Shown: piece by piece, positions 17,642 to 28,289 of the stretch
How the letters are laid out: each line of letters opens with the position of its first letter
How positions within the stretch are numbered: the stretch's first letter is position 1
DNA from: Gemmatimonadota bacterium
GTDB taxonomy: Bacteria; Gemmatimonadota; Gemmatimonadetes; Gemmatimonadales; GWC2-71-9
Direction: 5' to 3'
NCBI GenBank assembly: GCA_039586365.1
Contig: JBDHKN010000001.1
Coordinates: 160,001-224,000 of the forward strand
Length of the DNA stretch: 64,000 bases
Notes under the pieces: generated by a model
The model's input: only the letters and a program-made list of their open reading frames with translations
The model's database searches: none
Told to the model about the DNA's origin: nothing
Translations under genes and position numbers: made by a program

Positions 17642-18046
17642 TCAGGCACCACCGCTGCGCCTGAAACGGTCGATGTCACGCCGCTCTCTCTTGGTCGGCC
17701 TGCCCTTGGTTCGGAAGACGGGTGTTGGGAGGGACTTGAGCTGGTCGCTGAGTGCCTCTCTGCGAAGTATCGACTCGGCGGTTTCCTGATACAGCGCTTG
17801 AGCTTCCCGCACAGGGCCACGTCGTTCCGCGATAGCGCGCACTGTCACGCGGTGCTCGAAGGGGCCTTTGCGGATCAGCAGCTCGTCGCCGACATGTACC
17901 AGCTTGGCCCGTTTGGCGCGGTGACCGTTGACTTGAACCTTCCCGCCGCCGATGGCCTCGACAGCGAGAGATCTGGTCTTGAAGAACCTTGCCGCCCACA
18001 GCCAGCGATCCAGCCGTACTCCCACTGGTCGGTGTGGATCACCCAT
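17642..18046 (-). CDS. hslR: Ribosome-associated heat shock protein Hsp15 (S4 domain)
   Basis: RLDRWLWAARFFKTRSLA...GRPTKRERR. Confidence 0.92.
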   Translation of the reverse strand: MGDPHRPVGVRLDRWLWAARFFKTRSLAVEAIGGGKVQVNGHRAKRAKLVHVGDELLIRKGPFEHRVTVRAIAERRGPVREAQALYQETAESILRREALSDQLKSLPTPVFRTKGRPTKRERRDIDRFRRSGGA

Positions 18047-18176
18047 GGTCGGAATCGTACTGCACCTCGGGAAATAAGCAAATGGCTATGACCCTCATGC
18101 CCGACCCTGGATGAACTCGCCGCGTGCGGTTGCAAACCGTATCTTGGCAGGGAGTGCAAGAGAATGGAGGGGAACG

Positions 18177-18638
18177 ATGAAGAGACTTGTAGTGGGCTTG
18201 CTTTGGGTTGTCGTGGTGGGGACGGTCGGTTGCTCGTCCAGTCCCGATCTAGCAGCGGAACTCGAGAATCTCAGGGCAGCCGACCGCGGCTTCGCTCGGG
18301 CCACCGCAGCACGAGGGGTGGAGGGGTGGGTTGCGAACTTCGCAGAGGACGGTGTGATGTTCCAAGCCGGTGCGATTGTGCGTGGGCACGCTGCGATTGA
18401 GGAGTTGATGGCCCCAGCGTTTTCCGACAGTTCGTACATGCTTTCGTGGGAACCCGAGTATGCGGAAGTTTCGAGCACCGCTGACCTCGGATACACCGTT
18501 GGTCGCTACGAATCGCGCCGCGTCGGCCCCGATGGCGTGTCGCTCGTCGGGACAGGAAGGTACGTGACCATCTGGCGCCGGGATTCGGATGGCCGCTGGC
18601 AGGTGGTACTGGACATCGGGAGCCCTGACGAGCAATAG
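18177..18638 (+). CDS. NTF2-like/DUF4440 lipoprotein
   Basis: MKRLVVGLLWVVVVGTVGC lipoprotein signal; DLGYTVG and GRYVTIWRR...W.V.LD motifs. Confidence 0.8.
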   Translation: MKRLVVGLLWVVVVGTVGCSSSPDLAAELENLRAADRGFARATAARGVEGWVANFAEDGVMFQAGAIVRGHAAIEELMAPAFSDSSYMLSWEPEYAEVSSTADLGYTVGRYESRRVGPDGVSLVGTGRYVTIWRRDSDGRWQVVLDIGSPDEQ

Positions 18639-18698
18639 GGGCGGGCAGTCAGGCCGCGCCCTGACTAGTAGTTAGTGGCTTTCCTCTGGAGGTGAACC

Positions 18699-18953
18699 AT
18701 GGCAGAGGAGTTGGTAGGCACGGTCACGCACTTCTTCAAGGGACCCAGCGTTGCTGTCGTGCGGGTGACCGAGGGGGAGATCGCCCTGGGAGACAAAATC
18801 CACTTCGTTGGGCACACGACGGATTTTGCCGAGACCGTCAATTCACTGGAGGTGAATCACCAAAAGGTCGAGCGGGCGAAAGCCGGTGACGAAATCGCCA
18901 TCCAGGTGGTCGACCGAGCGCGCCAGCATGACCAGGTGTACAAGGTGAACTAG
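18699..18953 (+). CDS. Small translation-elongation-factor-like beta-barrel protein
   Basis: VGTVTHFF...GDKIHF.G.TTDF...AKAGD; GGAGGT SD. Confidence 0.75.
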   Translation: MAEELVGTVTHFFKGPSVAVVRVTEGEIALGDKIHFVGHTTDFAETVNSLEVNHQKVERAKAGDEIAIQVVDRARQHDQVYKVN

Positions 18954-19088
18954 TTGACAGTCCGACCGCATACCGCTGCGCGCTGGAGTTCAGGGGGCTA
19001 TGGGTGCGGTCGGGTGCAGGAATGTCGGCCCTGCGGTTCCCTCCGGGCGGTGTAGCTGACCGCCCGGAGTCGCCGCAGACGAAGTCAG

Positions 19089-19823
19089 CTACCGTATTGC
19101 CGGACCGATGGTGTCGTGGTGGTACTGGATGAGAGTCCTCATGTAGCTGCCGATCCGGTCAGCACCTTCGAAGCCGGCAGCAATCGCTGCGGCCTGCGCC
19201 CGCTCTGGGGCTATATCGGCGCTCGCGGCCCAATGTTGTAGATCGCGGTAGACACCGAGAGTGAATGCGTCCCAGGACGACCCGGCGGCTCGAGTGAAGA
19301 TCAGGTTCTGGGGTCGACCCACCCGCGCCAAGTAGTCGTTTTCCATCTCTCGTTGCCGAAACAGATCAGCGTGCTTTCCTGGGAGCGCCAAGAATATCTC
19401 GAGGTGGTAGTACTCGCCACCGTTCATGGTGGTGGAAACCACATCGAGTGACGGACCGAGTACGAAAAGGTCCTCTTGCCAGGAAGCGTGCTGTCTGAGC
19501 TGGCTCTCAAACTCGGCTGCGCTCACACCTGACTGTGCTGCCGCCTGCTCGCGACGAGACGTTCGATCGGGCGCGTAGTAATCCTGGAAGGTCCCCATAG
19601 GATATAGCAGCATCAGGTCCCACTGGTCTCCCTGACTGTGCCGCATTATGAAAGGAGGCGTCTGTCCGGCCGCCTCATGCAGCGTCCGCCGATCGTTGAC
19701 GATGTCGATCAGTTCGAGGAGGCTGCCCGGTGCAGCCCGCACGAAGTGAGCTCTGTAGAGAAAAGAGGTGTCCGCCTGCACCTGAGTTGCAGCCAAAGAT
19801 GCGACGATTAGTATGAAATTCAT
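19089..19823 (-). CDS. Hypothetical secreted protein
   Basis: Signal-peptide-like MNFILIVASLAATQVQA; GGAGG SD; two similar alpha/beta halves. Confidence 0.7.
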   Translation of the reverse strand: MNFILIVASLAATQVQADTSFLYRAHFVRAAPGSLLELIDIVNDRRTLHEAAGQTPPFIMRHSQGDQWDLMLLYPMGTFQDYYAPDRTSRREQAAAQSGVSAAEFESQLRQHASWQEDLFVLGPSLDVVSTTMNGGEYYHLEIFLALPGKHADLFRQREMENDYLARVGRPQNLIFTRAAGSSWDAFTLGVYRDLQHWAASADIAPERAQAAAIAAGFEGADRIGSYMRTLIQYHHDTIGPAIR

Positions 19824-19981
19824 CAGGCCTCCCATTCGGTGCCGGTTGATAATGGGTATGCGACTGCGTGAAAGTTGCTCGCCGGGGTTGCGGCCGCAAC
19901 TTTCAGGCTGATCGCTGCTCCGACGGTGTAGGTTGTTGTCTCAGCTGCCGGCCAATTGGAGCGAGACGAGACGGTCCCGAC

Positions 19982-20710
19982 ATGAAGACTACCCCCGATT
20001 CCTGGAAGCCATTCGCTGCCGCGATGCGGCGGTATTTCGCTGGTGATACCAGTGCCAAGATCGTGGTCCATAACGACTTTGGTGAGCGTGATGAATACTC
20101 GATGGCGTACTTCTACAGGGAGCCAGCGGAGTTTCCGCCGTTGGAGCAAACGGCGCTCGAGTTGTGTCGGGGTCGCGTACTGGATGTTGGGGCAGGAGCT
20201 GGCTGCCACAGCCTCGCGCTCGAACAGCGGGGTATTGCGGTGACAGCGCTCGAGATCTCACCTGAATTGGTCGCCATAATGCAGGCCCGCGGAGTGTCCA
20301 AGGTGTATTGCTGTGACATCAACGATTTCGAGGCAGATCATCAGTTCGACACTATATTGATGCTCATGAACGGACTGGAGTTGGCCGGCACGCTGGTAGG
20401 GTTGGAACAGTTCCTGAGCTCAATCCATAGACTTGTGAAGGCAGACGGTCAGATCCTTGCTGACTCGACCGATCTCCGCGCAGCATATGGCAGTGGGCCC
20501 GGTAGAATGTTTCGTGGAGACGGGCGCTACGTAGGCGAAGTAGTAATGCAACTGGAGTTTGATGGTGAGAGGGGTGCACCGTTCCCTCGTCTCTACGTCG
20601 ATTCCGACGCATTGGCGGAGTATGCCGAGCACCACGGGTGGGATTGCGTCGTCGTCTCTCACAACGACTGTGGTGGCTATCTTGCTCGGCTGACTCCGCG
20701 GTGTGACTAG
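19982..20710 (+). CDS. Class I SAM-dependent methyltransferase
   Basis: VLDVGAGAGCHSL and FDTILMLMNG motifs; start moved to ATG 19982. Confidence 0.85.
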   Translation: MKTTPDSWKPFAAAMRRYFAGDTSAKIVVHNDFGERDEYSMAYFYREPAEFPPLEQTALELCRGRVLDVGAGAGCHSLALEQRGIAVTALEISPELVAIMQARGVSKVYCCDINDFEADHQFDTILMLMNGLELAGTLVGLEQFLSSIHRLVKADGQILADSTDLRAAYGSGPGRMFRGDGRYVGEVVMQLEFDGERGAPFPRLYVDSDALAEYAEHHGWDCVVVSHNDCGGYLARLTPRCD

Positions 20711-20793
20711 GGACGCTGGCTAGGATCTTCGAGCAAACGTTCGAACGTGAAATGGCGGACGCTCCCCCCGTCGTGATGTCGCTGCCACAGCTC

Positions 20794-20846
20794 CGTGATG
20801 GTTTTCACAGATCATCTTGCCCACCCGCCAGTTCGATATGTATCAT
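20794..20846 (+). promoter_or_regulatory. Putative sdh promoter with CRP/FNR- or Rex-like palindrome
   Basis: CGTGA-N6-TCACA (20794-20809); TTGCCC-N18-TATCAT (20817-20846). Confidence 0.4.
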
Positions 20847-20880
20847 CCATTGCCTTTAAGCTCCCTCCAATGGAGACACG

Positions 20881-21567
20881 ATGCGTCGAGTAACGAATCT
20901 CTATCGCTCGTCAGTCGGCAAGAAAGTGTTCATGGCCGTGACGGGCGCTCTGTTTGTTGTCTTCGTGCTCGGGCACATGTACGGCAACCTCAAGGCGTTC
21001 TATGGGCCCGAGACGTTCAATCACTACGCAGAATTCCTGAGGGAGATGGGCTCGCCGCTGCTGATGCACGGGCAACTCCTCTGGGTTCTGCGATTCGGAT
21101 TGTTGTTGGCGTTAGCGTTGCACGTTGTGCCGGCGTTACAGCTGTGGTGGACTGGGTACTATGCGCGGCCGGTGAAGTACCAGCGCGGCCTCACGGCCGA
21201 AGAATCGACCGTCGCTTCGCGCACCATGCGGTGGGGCGGTCTGCTCTTGCTCGCCTTTGTGATTCTCCACCTGCTCCACCTTACGGTTGGAACGATCCAT
21301 CCGGACTTCGTGCCGGGTGACGCCTACAACAATCTCGTAGTCGGCTTCCAGTGGTGGCCAGTTCCCGCCGCGTACATCGTCGTGATGGCCGGGCTGTGTT
21401 TCCACCTGTACCACGGGGTGTGGAGTGCAATGCAGACCCTAGGTATCAATCATCCACGGTTCAACCGCTACCGCCGGCCGATCGCGCTGATGGTCGCTGG
21501 CGTGGTCTTCGTTGGTTTCGTAACGACTCCGGTAGCGGTCCTTACCGGAATCCTGACACTCGCATAG
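20881..21567 (+). CDS. sdhC: Succinate dehydrogenase/fumarate reductase cytochrome b subunit
   Basis: SVGKK.FMAVTG, HMYGNL and HLYHG..S..QTLG heme-ligand His motifs. Confidence 0.92.
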   Translation: MRRVTNLYRSSVGKKVFMAVTGALFVVFVLGHMYGNLKAFYGPETFNHYAEFLREMGSPLLMHGQLLWVLRFGLLLALALHVVPALQLWWTGYYARPVKYQRGLTAEESTVASRTMRWGGLLLLAFVILHLLHLTVGTIHPDFVPGDAYNNLVVGFQWWPVPAAYIVVMAGLCFHLYHGVWSAMQTLGINHPRFNRYRRPIALMVAGVVFVGFVTTPVAVLTGILTLA

Positions 21568-21586
21568 ACCACGCAGGGAATGTCAA

Positions 21587-23500
21587 ATGCAACTTGATTC
21601 GAAGATCCCCTCCGGTCCGATCCAGGATAAGTGGGACAAGCATCGCTTCGAACTGAAGCTGGTGAACGCTGCCAACAAGCGGAAATACGACGTGATCGTG
21701 GTCGGGTCGGGACTTGCCGGCGGCTCGGCGGCGGCCTCGCTCGCCGAGTTGGGCTACAACGTCAAGTGTTTCTGTTATCAGGATAGCGCGCGGAGGGCCC
21801 ATAGCATAGCAGCACAGGGCGGTATCAACGCCGCAAAGAACTATCCCAACGACGGTGACAGTATCTGGCGTCTGTTCTACGACACGGTAAAGGGCGGCGA
21901 TTATCGGGCGCGCGAGGCAAACGTCTACCGCCTGGCCCAGGTGAGCAACAACATCATCGACCAATGCGTCGCTCAAGGAGTTCCGTTTGCCCGTGAGTAC
22001 GGAGGCTTGTTGGACAACCGGTCGTTCGGTGGCGCTCAGGTGTCCCGCACTTTCTACGCGCGCGGTCAGACCGGACAGCAATTGTTGATCGGTGCCTACC
22101 ACGCGCTGGCGCGGCAAGTCGGCATCGGTCAGGTCAAGATGTTTCCGCGCAGCGAGATGCTGGACTTGGTGGTGGCAGACGGGCGGGCACAGGGAATAGT
22201 GGTGCGCGACATGGTGACGGGTATGGTCTCCTCACACGCGGCCCACGCCGTGGTGCTTGCCACCGGTGGTTACAGCAACGCGTTCTTCTTGTCCACCAAC
22301 GCGAAGGGCTGCAACGTGACCGCAGCGTACCGGGCCCACAAGCGCGGCGCCCTGTTCGCGAATCCCTGCTTCACTCAGATCCATCCCACCTGTATTCCGG
22401 CCAGTGGCGACTACCAGTCGAAGCTCACCCTGATGAGTGAATCGCTCCGAAATGACGGGCGCATCTGGGTTCCGAAAAAGGAGGGCGACGACCGGGCACC
22501 CGGACAGATTCCGGAAGGAGAGCGCGACTACTACTTGGAGCGCCTCTATCCCAGCTTCGGGAACCTCACGCCACGGGACATCGCGTCTCGCCGCGCAAAG
22601 GAGATGGTGGACATCGGCCACGGCGTTGGTGAAATGAACAACGGCGTCTATCTCGACTTCAGCCACGCCATCCAGCGGCTCGGCAAGAGGGTAATCACCG
22701 AGCGGTACGGCAACTTGTTCGAGATGTACGAGCGCATCACTGGCGACGATCCGTATGAGGTTCCGATGCGGATCTATCCGGCTCCGCACTATACGATGGG
22801 TGGACTCTGGGTCGACTACAACCTCGAGAGCACTGTACCGGGCCTGTTCGTGATCGGTGAGGCGAACTTCTCCGATCATGGTGCCAACCGTCTAGGCGCA
22901 AGCGCCCTAATGCAAGGTCTGGCCGACGGCTATTTCGTGCTTCCCTACACGATCGGTGACTACCTGGCACGTCTGGGACCCGTCAAGGTGAGCTCGGACA
23001 CGTCGGCTTTCAGTGCCGTTGCGGGTGAAGTGCAAGACCGCGCCAAGAAGCTGCTTGGCATAAACGGCAAGCGTACGGTCGATTCCTTCCATCGCGAGTT
23101 AGGCAAGCTCCTCTGGGAGAAGTGTGGCATGGGGCGTAACAAGGCCGGACTCGAGAAGGCACTGGAGACGATCCCGATGCTCAGAGACGAGTTTTGGCAG
23201 GATGTCCGCGTCACAGGAGTGAACGAGGAGCTGAATCAGACGCTGGAGAGAGCCGGCCGCGTAGCAGATTTTCTGGAGTTCGGTGAGCTCATGTGCCACG
23301 ACGCACTCTATCGCGCGGAGTCGTGTGGTGGACACTTCCGTGAGGAGTACCAGACGGAAGAGGGTGAAGCTCAGCGCAACGACGACGAGTTTGCACACGT
23401 TGCTGCTTGGGAGTTCACCGGTGTTGGATCGACGCCGGCGCTGCACAAGGAGCCGCTCACATTCGAGAACGTTCCCTTGTCGCAGAGGAGCTACAAATAA
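21587..23500 (+). CDS. sdhA: Succinate dehydrogenase/fumarate reductase flavoprotein subunit
   Basis: GSGLAG FAD motif, [30 protein letters not shown] and ESCGGHFR. Confidence 0.96.
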   Translation: MQLDSKIPSGPIQDKWDKHRFELKLVNAANKRKYDVIVVGSGLAGGSAAASLAELGYNVKCFCYQDSARRAHSIAAQGGINAAKNYPNDGDSIWRLFYDTVKGGDYRAREANVYRLAQVSNNIIDQCVAQGVPFAREYGGLLDNRSFGGAQVSRTFYARGQTGQQLLIGAYHALARQVGIGQVKMFPRSEMLDLVVADGRAQGIVVRDMVTGMVSSHAAHAVVLATGGYSNAFFLSTNAKGCNVTAAYRAHKRGALFANPCFTQIHPTCIPASGDYQSKLTLMSESLRNDGRIWVPKKEGDDRAPGQIPEGERDYYLERLYPSFGNLTPRDIASRRAKEMVDIGHGVGEMNNGVYLDFSHAIQRLGKRVITERYGNLFEMYERITGDDPYEVPMRIYPAPHYTMGGLWVDYNLESTVPGLFVIGEANFSDHGANRLGASALMQGLADGYFVLPYTIGDYLARLGPVKVSSDTSAFSAVAGEVQDRAKKLLGINGKRTVDSFHRELGKLLWEKCGMGRNKAGLEKALETIPMLRDEFWQDVRVTGVNEELNQTLERAGRVADFLEFGELMCHDALYRAESCGGHFREEYQTEEGEAQRNDDEFAHVAAWEFTGVGSTPALHKEPLTFENVPLSQRSYK

Positions 23501-24246
23501 TGAAGATCATCCTGCACGTTTGGCGTCAGAAGAACGCCTCCGCCAAGGGCGGTTTCGTTCGTTATGTAGCCGACGACGTGAACGAGCACATGTCGTTCCT
23601 CGAGATGCTCGATACGTTGAATGAGAAACTGACGGAGCGGGGCGAGGATCCGATTGCCTTTGAGCATGACTGCCGTGAGGGAATCTGCGGCTGCTGTGGC
23701 GTCGTGATAAACGGGATCGCGCACGGGCCGCAACACGGGGCAGCAACCTGTCAGCTCCACATGCGCACTTTCGAAGACGGCAATGAGTTGTGGATCGAGC
23801 CGTGGCGCGCGAGGCCGTTTCCGGTGCTCAAGGACCTGATGGTTGACCGCAGCCCTTTGGACCGGATCGTAGAGGCCGGTGGTTTCATCTCAATTCGCAC
23901 CGGTGCAGCTCAGGACGCCAATGCGATTCCGATCGAGAAGGAAAAGGCGGACCTGGCAATGGACGCGGCGGCATGCATCGGCTGCGGCGCCTGTGTGGCG
24001 GCGTGCCCCAACGCATCGGCGATGCTGTTCACGGCCGCCAAGGTCTCCCATTTGGGGCTGCTGCCACAGGGGCAGCCCGAGCGCATCGAGCGGGTGCTCA
24101 GAATGATCGCCACGATGGACGAACTGGGGTTCGGCGGATGCACTAACCATGGCGAGTGTGAATCTGCTTGTCCGAAGCAGATCAGTATCGACTTCATTGC
24201 CCGCTTGAACCGGGACCTGATGAAGGCGTCGGTGGTCGCGAGGTAG
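23500..24246 (+). CDS. sdhB: Succinate dehydrogenase/fumarate reductase iron-sulfur subunit
   Basis: [22 protein letters not shown] and [12 protein letters not shown] motifs; TAATG coupling with sdhA. Confidence 0.95.
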   Translation: MKIILHVWRQKNASAKGGFVRYVADDVNEHMSFLEMLDTLNEKLTERGEDPIAFEHDCREGICGCCGVVINGIAHGPQHGAATCQLHMRTFEDGNELWIEPWRARPFPVLKDLMVDRSPLDRIVEAGGFISIRTGAAQDANAIPIEKEKADLAMDAAACIGCGACVAACPNASAMLFTAAKVSHLGLLPQGQPERIERVLRMIATMDELGFGGCTNHGECESACPKQISIDFIARLNRDLMKASVVAR

Positions 24247-24271
24247 ACCACGCAGTTGGAGTGGTAATGAA

Positions 24272-24404
24272 GGAGCGGGGAGCCGGGAGCTGGGAGAGGT
24301 CAGGGCGGTACAAGCGTCCTTCGCCAACATGGTGGACCGCGGCGTTCGAGCCGTGTCTGGCCCGACCCCGCGGGGCCGGCTCTCTGCTCCCCGCTCTTTG
24401 CTCC
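24272..24404. repeat. Inverted pair of degenerate 7-bp tandem repeats (GGAGCNG) forming a long hairpin
   Basis: GGAGCGG GGAGCCG GGAGCTG GGAGAGG (24272-24299) versus CGGCTCT CTGCTCC CCGCTCT TTGCTCC (24377-24404). Confidence 0.6.
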
Positions 24405-24451
24405 CTCGTCCCGCCAATTAAGCGTTTCCCACCTTCCCCGTATCTAATTCC

Positions 24452-25033
24452 ATGCCAGAGGATCTGAGGCGTGGAGTGGAGCGCACCCTGACGAACGAGT
24501 TCGAGCTAACGCCAGCTGAAGCCGACATGATCGATGTCGAATTTGCGGTAAACGGGGACACAGTGGCCTTCGAGCGTCTCTATAGGCGCCACGTGCCTCG
24601 CATACACAGTGTGGCGCGTTGGCTCATGGGTCGCGAGGACGTGGATGACGCGTTGCAGGAGGTTTTCATCCGGGCTTGGGAGAAGCTCAGCTCCTTCCGT
24701 GGGGATGCGGCTTTCAGCACCTGGCTGCATCGGCTAGCCACGAACGTGATCCTGAGAGAGCGGGAGAGGTACCGCAGGGACGAGAATCGGCACTCCGGCT
24801 TGCTGGTGGAGGTGGAGAATGCACGCTCGGCTCCGGTGACACCGGATCTGACAACCGATATCGAGACCGCAGTGGATCGGCTCCCAGAACGCGCACGGCA
24901 GGTTTTTGTGCTCCACGACATGGAGGGATACAGGCACGAGGAGATAGGCAAAGTGCTGGGCGTCTCGGTGGGTACTTCCCGATCGCAACTGCATCACGCC
25001 CGCATGGCGCTGCGCAGCTTCTTCGAGGCCTAG
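24452..25033 (+). CDS. ECF RNA polymerase sigma factor
   Basis: DDALQEVFI, FSTWLHRLATN and GYRHEEI...GTSRSQLHHAR motifs. Confidence 0.92.
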   Translation: MPEDLRRGVERTLTNEFELTPAEADMIDVEFAVNGDTVAFERLYRRHVPRIHSVARWLMGREDVDDALQEVFIRAWEKLSSFRGDAAFSTWLHRLATNVILRERERYRRDENRHSGLLVEVENARSAPVTPDLTTDIETAVDRLPERARQVFVLHDMEGYRHEEIGKVLGVSVGTSRSQLHHARMALRSFFEA

Positions 25034-25045
25034 AGGAGACAAGCA

Positions 25046-25729
25046 ATGTCGGATCAGTGGACCAGCAGGCTTTCTGCCTATCTCGATGACGAGCTGACAC
25101 AGATTGAGCGTACGGAGCTCGAGGGGCATGTGGAGATCTGTGATGAATGCCAGGCTGCTATCGCGCAGCTCAGGCGCGTCGTTTACTGGGCCCAGGACTA
25201 TCCAGGTAGAAGCACTGACCGTGACGTCTGGCACCGGATTGCCGCCAATATCAGGGGGACTCATCCTGGTGTGGTGAACCTGCCAAGTCGTTCTCGTAAG
25301 CTTCAAGGCATGCGGTACCGCCTACCGCAGATCCTGGCAGCCGGGATTGTGCTGGCTTTGGTCGGCACCGGTAGCTGGTGGCTGGCCCGAGCGACTGCTC
25401 CCCAGGATCGCATGGCGGCGGTGATGGATGCTCCGACGCCGGAAGCGAGTTCCACGATTGTGCTGACTATCCACGCGGCTCAGAAATACAGGCCGGCAAT
25501 CGCGGAGCTAGAAAGGGTGCTGCTCGAAGAACCGGGAAGACTGGATAGCACGACGGTCCGCGTCCTGCGCGAAAAGCTGGCAATCATTGACCGGGCATTA
25601 CACGAAGCTCAGGAGGCGTTGGCGAGGGATCCGTACAGCGACTATCTCGCCGATCACTACACTGGAATGATGAAGCAGAAGCTCACGGTACTGCGATCCG
25701 CCGCACGTGAAGCTGCAGTGCGTAGCTAG
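25046..25729 (+). CDS. Anti-sigma factor with zf-HC2 domain and one transmembrane helix
   Basis: LSAYLDDEL...HVEICDEC; hydrophobic segment ILAAGIVLALVG. Confidence 0.85.
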   Translation: MSDQWTSRLSAYLDDELTQIERTELEGHVEICDECQAAIAQLRRVVYWAQDYPGRSTDRDVWHRIAANIRGTHPGVVNLPSRSRKLQGMRYRLPQILAAGIVLALVGTGSWWLARATAPQDRMAAVMDAPTPEASSTIVLTIHAAQKYRPAIAELERVLLEEPGRLDSTTVRVLREKLAIIDRALHEAQEALARDPYSDYLADHYTGMMKQKLTVLRSAAREAAVRS

Positions 25730-25783
25730 CCGGTCGGCATGAGAAGCTGTGGGTGACGTGAGTCGGCTTGGATTGCCGGCTCG

Positions 25784-26656
25784 ATGACTGGAAGGAGACA
25801 GACGATGCTAGTGGGAATTGCACTTGGGGTGATCGCATTGGCGACGCCCGTACTGCAGGCGGACACGACCTTTGCGGTCGATCCTGGGTTGCGTCTCGAA
25901 GTGAGAAACCGTAGCGGCGACATCACCATTCGGACTTGGGACCGCAACGAGGTGAGGGTGGAAACGGATCGTTCGCGGCGAAGCCCGATCGTGATCGAGC
26001 GCACATCCAGTGCTGTGCGCATTGGCACGACAGCTTGGCCGCGGGACGACGACGATATTGACTTGTGGCTCACCGTACCGGCTTCGATGCCACTCGAGTT
26101 GAGTGGCTCGGAATCCGACGTGACGGTGGATGGATCCAGAGGTGAAATCAATGTGGATCTGAGTGAAGGTGACGTGTCCATCCGGGGAGGTTCGGGGCGG
26201 GTCTCGGTTCGGACCAACGACGGTGCCGTAACCGTGGAAGATGCAGAAGGCATGGTTCGGCTGTTCTCGATGGACGGGGACATAATCGTCGAGCATGCGT
26301 CGGGTGATATCGAGGTTGAGACCACCGACGGTACAATTGAGCTACGAGATGTTCTGGCCACAACGGTCCGAGCTACCACGGTCGACGGCGATATTTGGTT
26401 TGATGGTGAGCTCGCTCTGCGGGGCGAGTATTCTCTGGAGACACACGACGGGGACATAACGGTCTATGTATCCGAAGACTCCGACGCTCGGGTGAGAGTA
26501 GCTGTATACGACGGCGACTTCTCGTCGGATTTCTCCATCACGTTTCCCTCGTGGCCTCGAGGTAGGCGGGCGGAGTTCACGTTGGGTGGCGGAAGCGCCG
26601 ACTTGCAGATCGAGACGTTCGACGGAGATATTCAGTTGCTGAGGAGACGGAGGTGA
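25784..26656 (+). CDS. DUF4097/adhesin-like beta-repeat secreted protein
   Basis: Signal peptide; repeated TxDGDI/V motifs; typical position after an ECF/anti-sigma pair. Confidence 0.8.
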   Translation: MTGRRQTMLVGIALGVIALATPVLQADTTFAVDPGLRLEVRNRSGDITIRTWDRNEVRVETDRSRRSPIVIERTSSAVRIGTTAWPRDDDDIDLWLTVPASMPLELSGSESDVTVDGSRGEINVDLSEGDVSIRGGSGRVSVRTNDGAVTVEDAEGMVRLFSMDGDIIVEHASGDIEVETTDGTIELRDVLATTVRATTVDGDIWFDGELALRGEYSLETHDGDITVYVSEDSDARVRVAVYDGDFSSDFSITFPSWPRGRRAEFTLGGGSADLQIETFDGDIQLLRRRR

Positions 26657-26711
26657 CGTAGGCCTGAGCACGAACTGGGGGCGACGCGCCCGGGGTCACG
26701 TGGTCGTGACC

Positions 26712-26748
26712 AGCCCTGCGTTACATTTGTAGCGCGGGGCTTCTTACT
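26712..26748 (+). terminator. Intrinsic terminator
   Basis: AGCCCTGCGTTAC-ATTT-GTAGCGCGGGGCT 13-bp stem (with G-U pairs) followed by TCTTACT. Confidence 0.6.
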
Positions 26749-26795
26749 TGCCCCAATGCTCCTACTGCCATAAGCCACTTGCAGGCAGACGAATC

Positions 26796-28280
26796 ATGAG
26801 TTCACCACTCCAGACCGAGACGCATCCATCCGTAGGCGATATGCCACCAGAGGAGTTTCGTAGGTATGGTCATCGGCTGGTGGACTGGATTGCGGATTTC
26901 TTTGACGGAATCGATGAGATCCCAGTTACAGCAGCTATTCAACCCGGAGATCTGGTAGCGCAGCTACCGAATGAGGCGCCGGCAGCCGGTGAGAGTATGG
27001 CAACCATTCTAGCTGACATTGACCGCCTCATCATGCCCTCCATGACTCATTGGAATCATCCGTCGTTCTTCGGCTATTTCAACTCGAGCGGATCGAGCCC
27101 TGGCGTGCTGGCTGAAATGCTGAGCGCGGCATTCAACGTGAACTGCATGCTCTGGCAGTCATGCCCCGCGGGCACCGAGTTGGAGCAGGTAACGTTGGAC
27201 TGGTTGCGAGACTTGTTGGGCTTGCCGAGTGACCTATGGGGAATCATCTACGACACAGCTTCGAGTGCCAGCATGCACGCTGTTGCCGCTGCTAGGGAAC
27301 AGATCGCGGGTCTGCGCGTTCGAGAGGAGGGACTGGCTGGTCGGGCCGATGTGCCACGGCTACGCATCTATACGTCCGAGCAGGTCCACTCATCGGTCGA
27401 GAAAGCAGCAGTCACGCTAGGGATTGGAATGGCCGGTGTTCGAAAGATTCCCGTGGACGATGCGTTTCGCATGCGTGTGGATCTGCTGGAAGCGGCCATT
27501 GCCGAAGACCGTCGTGATGGCTGGTTGCCGTTTTGTGCAGTCGGCACGGTGGGCACTACCTCCACTACTGCGATCGACCCGATCCCATCTCTGGCTGCTG
27601 TCTGCCGTCGGGAAGACATGTGGCTGCATGTCGATGCAGCACATGGAGGGATCGCCGGCCTAGTGCCGGAGAAGCGCGCGGTGCTGGACGGGTGTGATGG
27701 TGCTGACTCGATCGTAGTGAACCCGCACAAGTGGATGTTCGTGCCGTTAGACCTGAGCGCGTTCTACACGCGGAAGCCGGCGGTTCTGAAACGGGCATTC
27801 AGCCTCGTCCCCGAGTACCTGCGGACTGACCACGACCAGAAGGTGGAGAACTACATGGACTATGGGGTCGCCCTGGGCCGAAGATTTCGAGCGCTCAAAC
27901 TCTGGTTCGTGTTGCGGTACTTCGGTGCCGACGGATTGGCCACGCGGTTGCGGGAACATTTTCGTTTGGCGAGCCAGTTCCAGGACTGGGTGAATGCCGA
28001 CTCGTGCTTCGAACTGATGGCGCCTGTGCCGCTAACCACAGTATGCTTCCGAGCACATCCGCTTGAGGTTACTGACGAGTGCGAACTGAACGAACTCAAT
28101 GACCGGCTGATGAAAGCGGTAAATGCTACGAGGAAGGCCTTTCTGACTCATACTAAGCTGGGTGACCGGTTCGTCCTGAGGCTAGTTGTCTCGCACTTGC
28201 GGACGAGACCACATCACGTGGAACAGGTATGGGGCTTGTTGCGCGAGAAGCTCGCCGAAATACGCAACACTGCGAGCTGA
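26796..28280 (+). CDS. PLP-dependent aromatic-L-amino-acid decarboxylase (group II)
   Basis: EEFRRYGHRLVDWIA, THWNHPSFFGYF, ELEQ, HSSVEKA, HVDAA and NPHKW (PLP Lys); start moved to ATG 26796. Confidence 0.92.
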   Translation: MSSPLQTETHPSVGDMPPEEFRRYGHRLVDWIADFFDGIDEIPVTAAIQPGDLVAQLPNEAPAAGESMATILADIDRLIMPSMTHWNHPSFFGYFNSSGSSPGVLAEMLSAAFNVNCMLWQSCPAGTELEQVTLDWLRDLLGLPSDLWGIIYDTASSASMHAVAAAREQIAGLRVREEGLAGRADVPRLRIYTSEQVHSSVEKAAVTLGIGMAGVRKIPVDDAFRMRVDLLEAAIAEDRRDGWLPFCAVGTVGTTSTTAIDPIPSLAAVCRREDMWLHVDAAHGGIAGLVPEKRAVLDGCDGADSIVVNPHKWMFVPLDLSAFYTRKPAVLKRAFSLVPEYLRTDHDQKVENYMDYGVALGRRFRALKLWFVLRYFGADGLATRLREHFRLASQFQDWVNADSCFELMAPVPLTTVCFRAHPLEVTDECELNELNDRLMKAVNATRKAFLTHTKLGDRFVLRLVVSHLRTRPHHVEQVWGLLREKLAEIRNTAS

Positions 28281-28289
28281 GGCCAATCA

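Noticed and set aside
18962..19013. Inverted repeat CCGACCGCA/TGCGGTCGG between convergent genes
   Set aside because: Best explained as an ordinary bidirectional terminator
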